A DNA stretch of 64,000 nt, taken from contig MCFH01000032.1 in the NCBI GenBank assembly GCA_002104945.1, positions 1-64,000 on the forward strand, in the 5' to 3' direction. Position 1 is the stretch's first letter, and each line of letters opens with the position of its first letter. Both the position numbers and the translations under genes were made by a program. The stretch comes from Piromyces finnis finn. Taxonomy: Eukaryota > Fungi > Neocallimastigomycota. Positions 35,624 through 48,744 of the stretch are shown piece after piece. Below the pieces are notes generated by a model. The model ran no database searches, was not told the DNA's origin, and saw only the letters and a list, made by a program, of their open reading frames with translations.

Positions 35624-35654
<31 letters not shown>

Positions 35655-38600
35655 TAAATTAAATAGTTTATATTTGTTTATATTTATACTTTAAAATAAT
35701 AATTTTGTATAAATAGTAATAGTAAATGTTCTTTTTAAAATTGTTCCTAATAATCCGTCAAAATTAGATATATTATATTAAATTTATTAAAATAATATTT
35801 ATAATTATATTCATATACATACGAGATGATTAATGATAATATATATACATATATTTAATAATACGAGAGTTATTAAAAATCAAAATTTTATAATTAAATA
35901 AACTTTATTTTATAAAACTAACTAATACTTGAAAATGAACAAGTATAAAAATCATTTATTTTTATTTTCTTTATTTTTATTTATAAAATTTTAGATACAG
36001 ATATTATCACTTTCTATATTCATTTATAGAATTAAGATAATATTCTACCGTATCAATTTTGACACAAGTTTAAATATACCTTAATTCTAAATAAAATTAG
36101 GAAGTGGTATATTTAGTGTGTATTTGAATGATTTATTTTTACTTGCTCATTCTACAAGTTTTATATAATTTATAAATAAAATTTAAAAATACATCTTGTT
36201 TTATAATATTAGTTTATTTATTTAAAATAAATGTATAATACATCTCGCTATGTATTATAAAAAAATATATATTAATTTATTATTTTATTATTAAAATATT
36301 CTAATTTTCCTGGCTAATTAGTAACAGTTTTTAAAATAATGTTTTCTATTTCTATTTATACTATTTAATTACATTTAAGTTTGTTTATAAACAAAAATTG
36401 TTTATATTTTACATTTTTAAAATTTAATTAAATATTTATATTTTACATTATTTTGATTATTTACTATTATTTTAATTTATATTAATTTATTATTTATAAA
36501 TTTCATTCTTTATCAAAATGATACGTATTATTTAATAATACCATAAATTTAATTATTTATTTTATTTCCAGGAATTGAACAAAAGGGAATTATACAAAAT
36601 AATATATTCTAATAAAAGAATGAAAAAGGATTATTTGTATATTTATTTATCTTATAACCAATAATTATATTTTAGTGTTATTAATTATTTTGTTTTATTA
36701 TATTTTATTATTTTCAACAATTTATACACCAAGTATTTGAATATAAAAAAAGGAAATAAACATAAAAATCTTATTTGTAACTTTCTCTTTTATTTTATTA
36801 ATAAAAATAATTTTAAATAAATTTATATATTTAATGCAAAAATATTCTAAATTAAACAACTATAAAAATTCTCAACAATTAATTATATTTTATAAAAAGA
36901 ATTCTCTCTTTTAAATAAAAGCAAATTTTAATTACTTTTATATGATATTTTATTGGTTATTTAATAACTATTATTTTTCTTAAATAATTGCTAACCCTTA
37001 ATTTTAACTATATAAATTTAATATTTTTAACTATATAATTTTATCATGTATCAAAAATTAATATAATTTGATAATAATCTTAATTTTGAATTTTACTTCA
37101 AAAAGTGATTATTATATTAATCTTTAGTTATAACTGTGTAAGTTATATTATTTAAGACTTAGAATTGTTTTTCTAAAAATTAATAAAATTGTTTTATTAG
37201 AAACACTCGTTTTTCTAATATTTAAATATTTAAAATTTTATTTATTTAATTATAAAAGTGATTATTAAAATTATAAAAATATTAACTAAGCTATATAATA
37301 TTTCTTTATTAATAATAATAATGATTAAAATGAGAATATTTACATGTATTTATATTTTCTTTTAAATTTAAACTATTTACATTAAAATAATAAAATTAAT
37401 AACTATTTACAATAAAAGTAATAAAAGTAATTAAAAATAACAATAAAAGAAATAATTAAAAGTTAAAGAATATAAAAAGTTGTTTGTTTTACAATTAATT
37501 AAAGTAATAATTATTTTTAATGTTTTAATGAAAGTGTTTAGGATTAATTTTATTTTAGAATTTTGGTAAAGTAATTAAGTTACTTTTAGGGTTAACTTAA
37601 AAATCAGGTTTAATAATAATTTTATATTTATTAATTTCATTATTTATAAAAATGATGCGTTGACCGATATATTTTTGAATAATATAATGTTTTTAATAAA
37701 TAATAAATTCTAGGATTTATGATGAAACAATAAATTTAAAATAAAATATGTTTAATAATTAACAAATAAATCACTCAAAACTTGAAAATAAACTCTTTTA
37801 TTATGTTTAAATTATCTCTTTATTATATTTTATAATTTATTTATTATCTATTTATTGTCCGTTTTTATTCTACATTTATTATCTGATTTTTATAAAGAAG
37901 AGTTTTATCTTCCTTTTATACATTTTCATTTATTAATTGTATTATTATTTTTAACTATTAAATATTATTATTACTATTGTTATTATTTATTAAAATTAAA
38001 AGAATAAATTAAAATTATGTCTTAGTATTATAAAATATTATAGAATATTACTTATTTGATTTTCTTATTACTTCAAAATGTTTAAATTTAGAAAAATTAT
38101 TATAAATTATCATTGACTATCATTAAATGTATAATACCTTGGATAAAATAATTAAAATTTAAAATTAAAATAATATTAAAATAAAATTAAAATAAAATTA
38201 AAATATTAAAAGTATCAATTATTATAAGCACACATTTTATACAGAAACATAAAAGAGTTCTGTATTTTATCTTTAGAATTGTTATTATTGTTCTATTTCC
38301 AGGTTTTAAGTTTATCATTTTAGTAATAATTACTCAATTAGTTATTTATTAATTTATAAGTTTAAGAGAATTTCTAAAGAACACTTGGATAAACACTAGA
38401 ATTAATAATTTGATGTATACCATTTTATTTTTTTTTAGTTTATTTATTCATTTTTATTTATTTATTATTATTTTATTATTTTAGTACATTATTGTATTAA
38501 GTCGTCTTATTTTTTAATAATTTATTTTATTATTATTAGGTCGTTTTTACTCAGAATTTATTATATAATAAAGAGAATATTATTTATTTAAAGAAAGGGT

Positions 38601-40351
38601 TATATTTTCATAAAATTATTATTCATTCATTTTTAAGGGTTATTATCGTTTATTTTTATTATAAGTTACTATGGGTTAAGTCGTGTTTATTCAGTTAGTT
38701 TTTATTATGTTTTTATATGAATAGCGTATCAAAAATTGACACACGTTCAAATATACCTTAATTCTAAATAAGCTTAGAAAGTGGTATATTTGTGTGTAAT
38801 TGAATGATTTATTTTTACTTGCTCATTCTACAAGTTTATATAATTATTAAATATAATTTAAAGTTTTAAAAACACATCTTGTTTTATAATATTAGTTTAT
38901 TTATTTAAAATAAATATATAATACATCTCGCTATGTATTATAAAAAAAAATATATTAATTTATTATAATTTTAAAATATTCTAATTTTTCTGGCTAATTA
39001 GTAACCATCTTTAAAAATAATATTTTCCATTTCTATTTATAATAAATAATTACATTTAAGTTTGTTTATAAACAAAAATTGTTTATATTTTACATTTTTA
39101 AAATTTAATTAAACATTTATATTTTATATTATTTTGATTATTTACTATTATTTTAATTTATATTAAGTTTATATAATTTTAAATGTCAAGAGTTAGAGTG
39201 GATTTAGAATTATAATTAAGTCTACTAGGTTAGGATAGGCTTAATTATATAGTAAATAATAAATTTTTATAAATAAAAGAGTAATAAATATAGTTTTTTA
39301 AGAAATATTTTATTTAATTTTTATAATATAAGTAAATGATAATTATTAATTTTAAATATTGAATTTACTATATAAAAATGAGTATAATAATCTCACAAAG
39401 AACTTCTTAAAGTTGTTCTTTGTTCAACTTATTTATACTTCATTTTTAATATAATGTTGATATTAATAAAGTATAATAATAATATAATTTAAGTTATACA
39501 TGTATAATAATATAAATATAAATATTAATAAAATATAATAGTAATAATAATATAATTTTCTTTAAATATCGATATTAATAAGTTGTTAAAAATAATATTA
39601 ATAATTATTTAAATGAATCTTATTTTACTAATTGGTTTGTTTAATATTAATTAATTGTTACACTCTATTTATCTCCGGATAATAAATAGCTTTCCAATTA
39701 ATATTTATATTAAATAAACTATTATTAGTAAAATATTATTAAATTAATATTTTAATTAATTTAACTAATAATTCAAAATTATGAAATTTCATGAAATGTC
39801 AAATTTCATGAATTGTGATTTTGACAACTCCCTTCCACTAAAATTGGATACTAGACAATTTTTGATAGTGGAATATCTTATATTGAATTTAAAATATTGA
39901 AATTTTAATATTTTCAAAATTTTTGAAATTTCGAAATGGTCACATGAGGATGGAGGAATGAATTTTAAATGGCCATTTCACGAAATTTCAAAAGTTGTCA
40001 AAAATTGGTAAAAATGAAATTTTGTTATGAAATACATATTACATATATGTATTGTATAAAAAATGTGTTTTTGAAATTTTTTATGTTGTACAACTGTCAT
40101 AATTGAAATTTTGAATTTTTTGAAATTTTAAATTTTGATTTTAAAGGGTTTTTTATGTTTTTTGAAATTTTTAAAATTTAATATTAAAAATATTAATAAT
40201 AATAAGCTGAAAAATAAATTTTATAATTAAAAAATAGTGAATATAAAAATTTTTGAAATTTCAATTTTTAAATCTGTGATGGGTTAAATTGAAGTAATTT
40301 TGTATTATAATAGTTTTCTCATTTTTTTTTTCATTCTCTCTCTCTTTCTCT

Positions 40352-40384
<33 letters not shown>

Positions 40385-40390
<6 letters not shown>

Positions 40391-43300
40391 ATAAGCGATA
40401 TCAATAGGCTTCCTATTGTTCTTTAAATATAATAAGAAGATATTTTGGTTTCTTGGGTTATCTTCAACTTCACTAGAAGGAACCCAATTATATTGAGAAC
40501 GGTATTTGTATCTAATTTTGTATTCATACCGTTTAAGTTTATAATTAGTTCGAAATCCCGCAATCTCAATGATGTCTTTAATTGATTCGGGATCCTTTGA
40601 TCTTGATAAAAATCTTGAAGGGGTAGGAATAAAAGGTTCAAGTTCCGAAATATGGAAGATTGGATGATGTTTTGGGAAAGGAGAGTTGTGTATATCTATT
40701 TTATAATTGTTATTTTCCAAAACATATAAAACTTTATAGGGTCCATATTTACAAGGAGAAAGTTTTGGAGTTTCTTCCGTAGAAAAGGGTGGAGGAGCTT
40801 GAATCCAAACTTTATCGCCAACTTTAAATATAGGAGGTGACATCCTTTTCTTATCGGCATGTTTTTTATATAAATCCTTGGCTCTAAATAAAACTTCTTT
40901 AACATAATTAAAATTATCACAAACATTTCTAATAAAATTATTATTAGTATAGGATTTGTCATAAAGGAAAACATCATCAACAGGAGGGTGGAATCCATAG
41001 TTAATAAAGAAAGGACTTTGTTTGGTAGACTCATTAATAGAATTGTTATAAACAAATTCGGCTAAGTGAATCCATTCAACCCAATCATCATGATAATAGG
41101 ACTTTGAATAACAGCGGAGATATTGTTCAATAAAAGAGTTACATCTTTCAACTTGCCCGACCGTTTCATGATGATCAGTGGTAGCAATTTTAGTTTTAAC
41201 TTTAAGTTCTTCCATTAAACTATTCCAAAGATCACTAGTAAATTGAGAACCACGATCAGTATAAATATCAGAAGGCAATCCATGAAGTTTGAATATATTT
41301 TTAATAAAAGCTGTAGCTGTTTGTTTAGCATCGGGTATTTTCTTAAAAGGAACTAAATGAATCATTTTTGAAAATCTATCTACAGTAACCATTAGAACAG
41401 TATATCCTTTAGAATCAGGTAAACCACATAAAAAGTCAATTTCAACAGAACGCCATGGTCTATCAGGAGTTTCTAAAGGTTGTAAAGGACCATATTTTTT
41501 GTGTTTATTGAATTTGTTTCTAGTACAAGTTTCACAAGAATTAACAAATTCAGTTACATCTTTATGAATTTTTGGCCACCAATAGTTTCTAGTAATTAAT
41601 TCATCAGTTCTTTTAATACCCAAATGACCAGCGGCAGGATTTTCATGGTATCGCATAAGTACTTCTAATCTTAAAGCTTCAGGAATATATATTAAATTAT
41701 TATAAAGAATCATATTATTTTGAATCTTGAATTTATTCATTTTTCTAAAGGGTCTATAAAAATAACCTTGATTAGCATTATTTGGTGCAAAATATAATCT
41801 AATATCGTTTGCAGTATTATCTGTTTTAGTATATTCGATAACTTTATCAATAAAGTCACTAAGAATTCCCACAAAACATGGAATGTTTTTAACATTTTTT
41901 ATATCTAAAATATGCTCAGGTTTTATTTGTTCATTACCAGAATTATAATCAGGTCTTCTAGAGAGACTATCTGGCTTACCATTTTTTCTTCCTTGGCGAT
42001 AAATTAATTCAAAATCATATTCTTGAAAGAAGAGATGCCAACGATGTTGACGTTGATTTTGAATTTTTCCACCTAATGTATAAAGTAAATTGCGGTGGTC
42101 TGTATAAACTTTTACTTTAAATTTAGCACCTAAAAGTAGATGTCGCCAAGCCGAAAAAGCAGATTTAATAGAAAGAAGTTCTTTATCTGTAATAGAATAG
42201 TTCCTTTCTGTATCATTTAAACTTCTGGAAAAATAAGCAACAGGATGTAGTTTTTTATCATCATCATATTGAGATAAAACGGAACCTATTGCGAAATTGT
42301 TGGCATCACATTCTACTATAAACGGCCTATTAGTGTCAGGAAAAACTAAAACGGGAGAGGTAATTAATTTATTTTGTAAATTTACGAAAGCATCATCACA
42401 TATCTTATCCCAATGAAACTTAACATTTTTCCTAGTTAAATTATGTAAAGGTTTGGCGATTTTGGCAAAATTATTAACAAACCTTCTATAATAATTACAA
42501 AGACCAAGAAAGCGTTGAACATCTTTAACACATTTTGGTCTAGGCCATTCTTTAATAGCTTCGATCTTCTTTGGATCAGTAGAGATACCATTACCTGAAA
42601 TAGTGAAACCTAAGAATTCAACTTCATTTTTATGAAATTCACATTTTTCAAATTTTGCATATAAGTTGTTTTGTATTAATTTATCTAAAATAGATCTTTC
42701 ATAGTTGATATGATCGTTGAGATTTTCTGAGAAAATTAAAATATCATCCATGTATAAAATAACAAATTTATCCAAATATTCGCGTAATATTGAATTTATG
42801 AATGATTGAAATGTTGCTGGAGCATTTTTTAATCCATATGGCATTACTAAATATTCGTAATGACCAAACTTTGTTCTAAAAGCAGTCTTATATTCATCAC
42901 CTTCTTTTATTCTTATCAAATTATAAGCTGATCTCAAGTCCAATTTAGTGAAAATTTTTGAATCCCTAACCCTTTTAATGATATCTGAAATTAAAGGTAA
43001 AGGGTACGAATTTCTTACTGTTACAGCGTTTAACTTTTTGTAATCAATATAGACCCTTAATGAGCCATCTTTTTTCTTCTGGAAAACAACAGGGTAACCT
43101 GCAGGAGATTCAGAGGGCCTAATAAAACCTTTTTTAAGATTTTCATTAATATATTCTTGTAAGGCTTCTTCCTCTTGTCTTGATAAAGGATAGATAGGTC
43201 CATAATGTAAAGTGGCGTCATTTTCTAGGACTATTTTACAATCAGTTAAACGGTGTGGAGGTAACTTATCAGCTTTTGATTTGCTGAAAACAACAGCAAG

Positions 43301-44071
43301 ATCTTTATATTCATTAGGGATATCATCCATGATAAGGGTTAGGTCATTTTCTTCATCATCTTCAAAATTTTCGACATTTTCAGATAAAAATGAATGGATA
43401 AAATAATTGATATCACTCTTATTAAAAGACGTAGAATTATTATCTTTAACTTGACGATTAGATTTATGAGAGAAATTAGTAGAATTATTATTAGTATTAT
43501 CGGAAAATGAATAATTAAAATCTTTTTTAGAATGAGAAATTTTTAAATTTTTTGAAAAATTTTTTAAATTCTTATTATTGAAGTGTTTAAAATTATTACA
43601 ATATAAATGATTATTTTTATAATTAAAATGAATCTTAAATTTCTTCATGAATTTATTTCCAAATAATAAATCCATAGGAATATGTTCTGAAACTAAAAAT
43701 TTTTCTTTAAAAGATATAAAATAAAATTTATTTTTGATAAAAATTTTTAATTGAAATTTTAAATAAACATAATCATTGATATCAGTAGTAAACCCACTAA
43801 TACCTTTTATAATCAATTTGTTTTTTAATTTTCTTTTAATTAAATTATATTTTTCTACAAATATGGTAGAAATAAAGTTGCATGAGGAACCTGAATCAAG
43901 TATTGAATTACAGGTTATTGGAGAATTGGTAATAAAATTAGAGTTGTTATTTAGAAATTCTTTAGGAATATATAAATTAAAGGTTAGAAATGAATTTAAA
44001 TTGGGATTTTCTTTGTTCTCTAGAGATGGGAAATTATAATAAATAATTTTTGGTGTATTATGAACATCCAT
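40385..44071 (-). CDS. Element F pol: protease, RT, RNase H, integrase, degenerate chromodomain
   Basis: ILDSGSSCNF, YMDD, ECDAN, DHRNL, HHCC, EIDFL / TDRGSQF / GQVERCN, C-terminal YEYKIRY...WVPSSEV. Confidence 0.96.
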
Positions 44072-44104
44072 TGACGTCTTATGGTGTTCATTGTTTAAAA
44101 ATTT
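44062..44104 (-). promoter_or_regulatory. Putative -1 ribosomal frameshift signal (gag to pol) of F
   Basis: Heptamer A AAT TTT (44104-44098), 6-nt spacer, hairpin ATGAACA-CCAT..ATGG-A-TGTTCAT; the -1 frame is the pol frame. Confidence 0.7.
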
Positions 44105-45062
44105 TTTGAAGAAATTTTTTGGGTTTTTGTAGTGGAATAATTATTATTATTATTACCACCATTATTATTAGTTGAATAATTAGATTTTAAATTATTATTG
44201 TTATTATTATTATTGTGATATTTTTGATAATTGTTTCTATTATTATTATAATTATTGTTATTGTTATTATAAAATGAATTTTTTCTTCTATGGCTTTTAT
44301 TATTAATTTGGTTTAACTTTTTATTTGAAACATTGTTTTGTTCAAATAAAATACATCTTGTGAAAATAGCTTCGAGAGTAGTAGGAAAGTCATCTAATCT
44401 TTCAATTTACTTAGCTTGATCTTAGCTAATTTACGGCTTGAAACATTTGGAAAAGTGTTTTTTAATTCTCCTAATAATTTGAACATAGTAGAGGGATGGG
44501 TATTTCCACTGTATCTTGTTAAATACCAAGTTCTAGCAATTCCTCTTAATCTTGTTTTAACAAAATTAATTTTGGCTTCTTCCATCATATGTTTATTAGA
44601 ATAGGTGCTAAAAGTATCTTCACAAATTTGACAGAATAGTTCAGTTTCATGAGGATCACCAGAAAAAAGACCTGGGTCTGGAACTTGATTTATTGGAGTG
44701 GAATATTTTGATCTCATTATTACATCAAAATCCAAATCATATTTTGTAGATGTAGATGGGGCAACTGAAGGGGTTAGGTCTGGCTGACCACCACTTGGTT
44801 TTCCATTCTTATTTAAATACTCTTGAATGGTGTTGATATTGTTAGAGACCGATTCCAAAACTTGTGCGAAATTAGCAGTATTTCTTTTAATTTCTTGAAA
44901 CTGAGATTCAATATGTTTTTCAAAGTCTTTAACTTGACTAATAGTAGCAAAGTTTTCTTGAACGCTGTTCATAATGTCTACAGCAGTAGTTTTAGCATCT
45001 TTGCGGAGTTGATTAACTTCATCCAGAGTTTGCCAAGAGCTAGCAAAGTTTTGTTCTGCCAT
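44095..45062 (-). pseudogene. Element F gag with an internal deletion/frameshift near 44405
   Basis: ORF 44394-45062 is capsid-like. The continuation IERLDDFPTTLEAIFTRCILFE and an Asn-rich tail lie in the -1 frame and end at TAA 44095-44097. Confidence 0.8.
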
Positions 45063-45086
45063 CCTAAGGTAGTAACCAAAGTTAAG

Positions 45087-45096
45087 GTGAGATTAT
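45087..45096 (-). promoter_or_regulatory. Self-priming PBS of element F
   Basis: ATAATCTCAC abuts the 5' LTR and complements LTR-internal 45300-45309; TATAAATA lies ~35 bp upstream of that site (45343-45350, minus). Confidence 0.75.
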
Positions 45097-45826
45097 TGTC
45101 AAGAGTTAGAGTGGATTTAGAATTATAATTAAGTCTACTAGGTTAGGATAGGCTTAATTATATAGTAAATAATAAATTTTTATAAATAAAAGAGTAATAA
45201 ATATAGTTTTTTAAGAAATATTTTATTTAATTTTTATAATATAAGTAAATGATAATTATTAATTTTAAATATTGAATTTACTATATAAAAATGAGTATAA
45301 TAATCTCACAAAGAACTTCTTAAAGTTGTTCTTTGTTCAACTTATTTATACTTCATTTTTAATATAATGTTGATATTAATAAAGTATAATAATAATATAA
45401 TTTAAGTTATACATGTATAATAATATAAATATAAATATTAATAAAATATAATAGTAATAATAATATAATTTTCTTTAAATATCGATATTAATAAGTTGTT
45501 AAAAATAATATTAATAATTATTTAAATGAATCTTATTTTACTAATTGGTTTGTTTAATATTAATTAATTGTTACACTCTATTTATCTCCGGATAATAAAT
45601 AGCTTTCCAATTAATATTTATATTAAATAAACTATTATTAGTAAAATATTATTAAATTAATATTTTAATTAATTTAACTAATAATTCAAAATTATGAAAT
45701 TTCATGAAATGTCAAATTTCATGAATTGTGATTTTGACATTAAAATCAGCTATTCTATTAATTCATTATTTATAAATTTCATTCTTTATCAAAATGATAA
45801 ATAATTAAATTTATAAATTATGAATT

Positions 45827-46075
<249 letters not shown>

Positions 46076-47399
46076 TTAATATTAAAACACAGATAGTTAA
46101 AAATTAAAATAATTAACATGTATAAAATTATTAAATTAAAAATTATAAATGTAAACTTTTTGTTTATTTAATTGTTTATTTAGTTTTAAATTAAATAGTT
46201 TATATTTGTTTATAATTATACTTTAAAATAATAATTTTGTATAAATAGTGATAGAATTATTTTATTTTAAAAGATGTTCCTAATAATCCATAAAAATTAG
46301 ATAATAATATTAAATTTTATTAAAATAATAGTTGTGATTATATTTACATACATTCAAGATGTATTAAACCATAACATATATATATTTAATAATACAAGAG
46401 TTATTAAATATTAAAACTTTATAATTAAATAAAATAATTTTATATTTTAAACTAACAAAGACTTGCAAATGAACAAGTATAAAAATCATTTATTCTATTT
46501 TTATTTTCTTATTTATTTTTATTTATTAAATTTTAGATACAAATATTATCACTTTCTATATTCATTTATAGAATTAAGATAATATTTTTCTTCGTATCAA
46601 AAATTGATATAATTTGGTAATAATCTTAATTTTGAATTTTACTTCAAAAAGTGATTATTATATTATATCTTTTGTTATAACTATATAAGTTATATTGATT
46701 AAGATTTAAGATCGTTTTTATAAAAATTAATAAAATTGTTTTATTAGAAACACTCGTTTTTCTAATATTTAAATATTTAAAATTTTATTTATTTAAGTAT
46801 AAAAGTGATTATTAAAATTATAAAATATTAATCTAACTATATAATATTTCTTTATTAATAATAATAATAATGATTAAAATAAGAATATTTACATGTATTT
46901 ATATTTTCTTTTAGATTTAAACTATTTACATTAAAACAATAAAATTAATAACTATTTACAATAAAAGTAATTAGAAATAACAATAAAATAAATAATTAAA
47001 AGTTAAAGAATATAAAAAGTTGTTTATTTTGCAATTAATTAAAGTAATAATTATTTTTAATGTTTTAATAAAGTTGTTTAATTATATTATTTTATAACAT
47101 GAATTATTATATTTGTTTACTTTTAAAGTGTAATTTACTAACGAAGTTATTAAATATTTAATTTAACAATTAATTTAACAAGAGTTATATATTTTGATCT
47201 CGATTAATTAAAGTTTATTATTTTCTTTCAATAATCAAAATATATGTAGTGTTTAGGATTAATTTTATTTAAGAATTTTGGTAAAGTACTTAATTAAACT
47301 ATAACTTGTTTTAAGTTACTTTTAGGGTTAACTTAAAAATCAGGTTTAATAATAATTTTATATTTATTAATTTCATTATTTAACAAAATTTTATCAAAT

Positions 47400-47471
47400 G
47401 GGGTGTTAGCTCAGCGGTAGAGCAATTGACTGCAGATCAATAGGTCTTCGGTTCAAATCCGGAACGCCCCT
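47400..47471 (+). tRNA. tRNA-Cys(GCA), second copy
   Basis: Identical to 31567-31638. Confidence 0.96.
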
Positions 47472-48394
47472 GTCTATTTTTTCATATTTTATCAAAAAAA
47501 AAAAAAGAAATTATATAAAATAATGCTAGAGACATATGATATTTTTTGAGTATATACATATATATTATTATAAAATAAAAGAAATTTTAATTGAGTACCT
47601 TTTTTTTTTTTTATGTTATTAAAGCAAATATTTTAACAATAAAATATTAGATATCCATATTTATTTATTTATCTTTTATTTTTTATTTTTAATTCCTATA
47701 AAAATGTTTTTTTATATATAATAAAGTTTTTTTTTTTTTTTTTTCCTTGGAAAACACCCTCACAACATTATTAATATCAATTGTAGGTCATAGTTATAGT
47801 ATAACAAAAAAGTTAATAAAAAGAAATTAAATAAAATAATTTTTTTGTAAAATATTTTAAGAAAATAAATTTACCATAAATCAAAATACTAAACTAAACC
47901 AAATCGAACCAAGTTAAAAAATTAAAACTTTGGAATAAATTAATGAGAAGATTTTTCTTCTGGGTTGTTGGTAATACATCATTTTAAATAAATAAATAAT
48001 ATCTATAACAACAACAACAACAACAACAAATACTATTACAACTATTAATGCTAATACTACATGTAGAAAGAGGATACATAAACAACATATATTACACATT
48101 ATAATAATCGTAAAAAGTGGTATTATAGAATGACAATTAAGAAAATAATTAAAATATAAAAATGTATATTTATTACTTTAAATAGAAATAATGAAAATAT
48201 AATAATTCCTTTTTTTTTTTTTTTTTATTCATAATTTATTTTTATGACTATAAATATAAATTGTTATAATAAATAAAACAAACAAAAAAAAAAATAAATA
48301 TATATATATAAAGTAAATTAGGTAAAATAATATTAAAGTATTATATAATAAAATAGGATAAAATATAAAATAGGATAAAATATTAAAAAAATAA

Positions 48395-48416
48395 TTATAA
48401 TAATAATAATTATAAA

Positions 48417-48495
<79 letters not shown>

Positions 48496-48507
48496 TAAAT
48501 AAATATA

Positions 48508-48538
<31 letters not shown>

Positions 48539-48542
48539 TAAA

Positions 48543-48581
<39 letters not shown>

Positions 48582-48585
48582 TAGA
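48395..48585. repeat. (AAT)n / (AAAAAT)n microsatellites 3' of the kinase gene
   Basis: Visible arrays. Confidence 0.9.
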
Positions 48586-48744
48586 ATAATTAGAATAAGA
48601 ATAAAAAACTATGTTTATATAGGTATATCTATAATATATTTATATATTTTCCATTTTTGCTCGAGTTTTTTTTTTTTTTTTTAAATATAAAAATTTTATT
48701 AATAGCCCAAATATTTCTAAATTCTCCTTAATTCTTTCTTCATT

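Larger units (their letters stand above)
39184..45739 (-). mobile_element. Full-length Ty3/gypsy chromovirus-like element F
   Basis: Two 643-bp LTRs (39184-39826, 45097-45739) with no difference seen by eye, 5-bp TSD TTAAA, PPT GGAAGGGAGT at 39827-39836 (minus). Confidence 0.96.
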
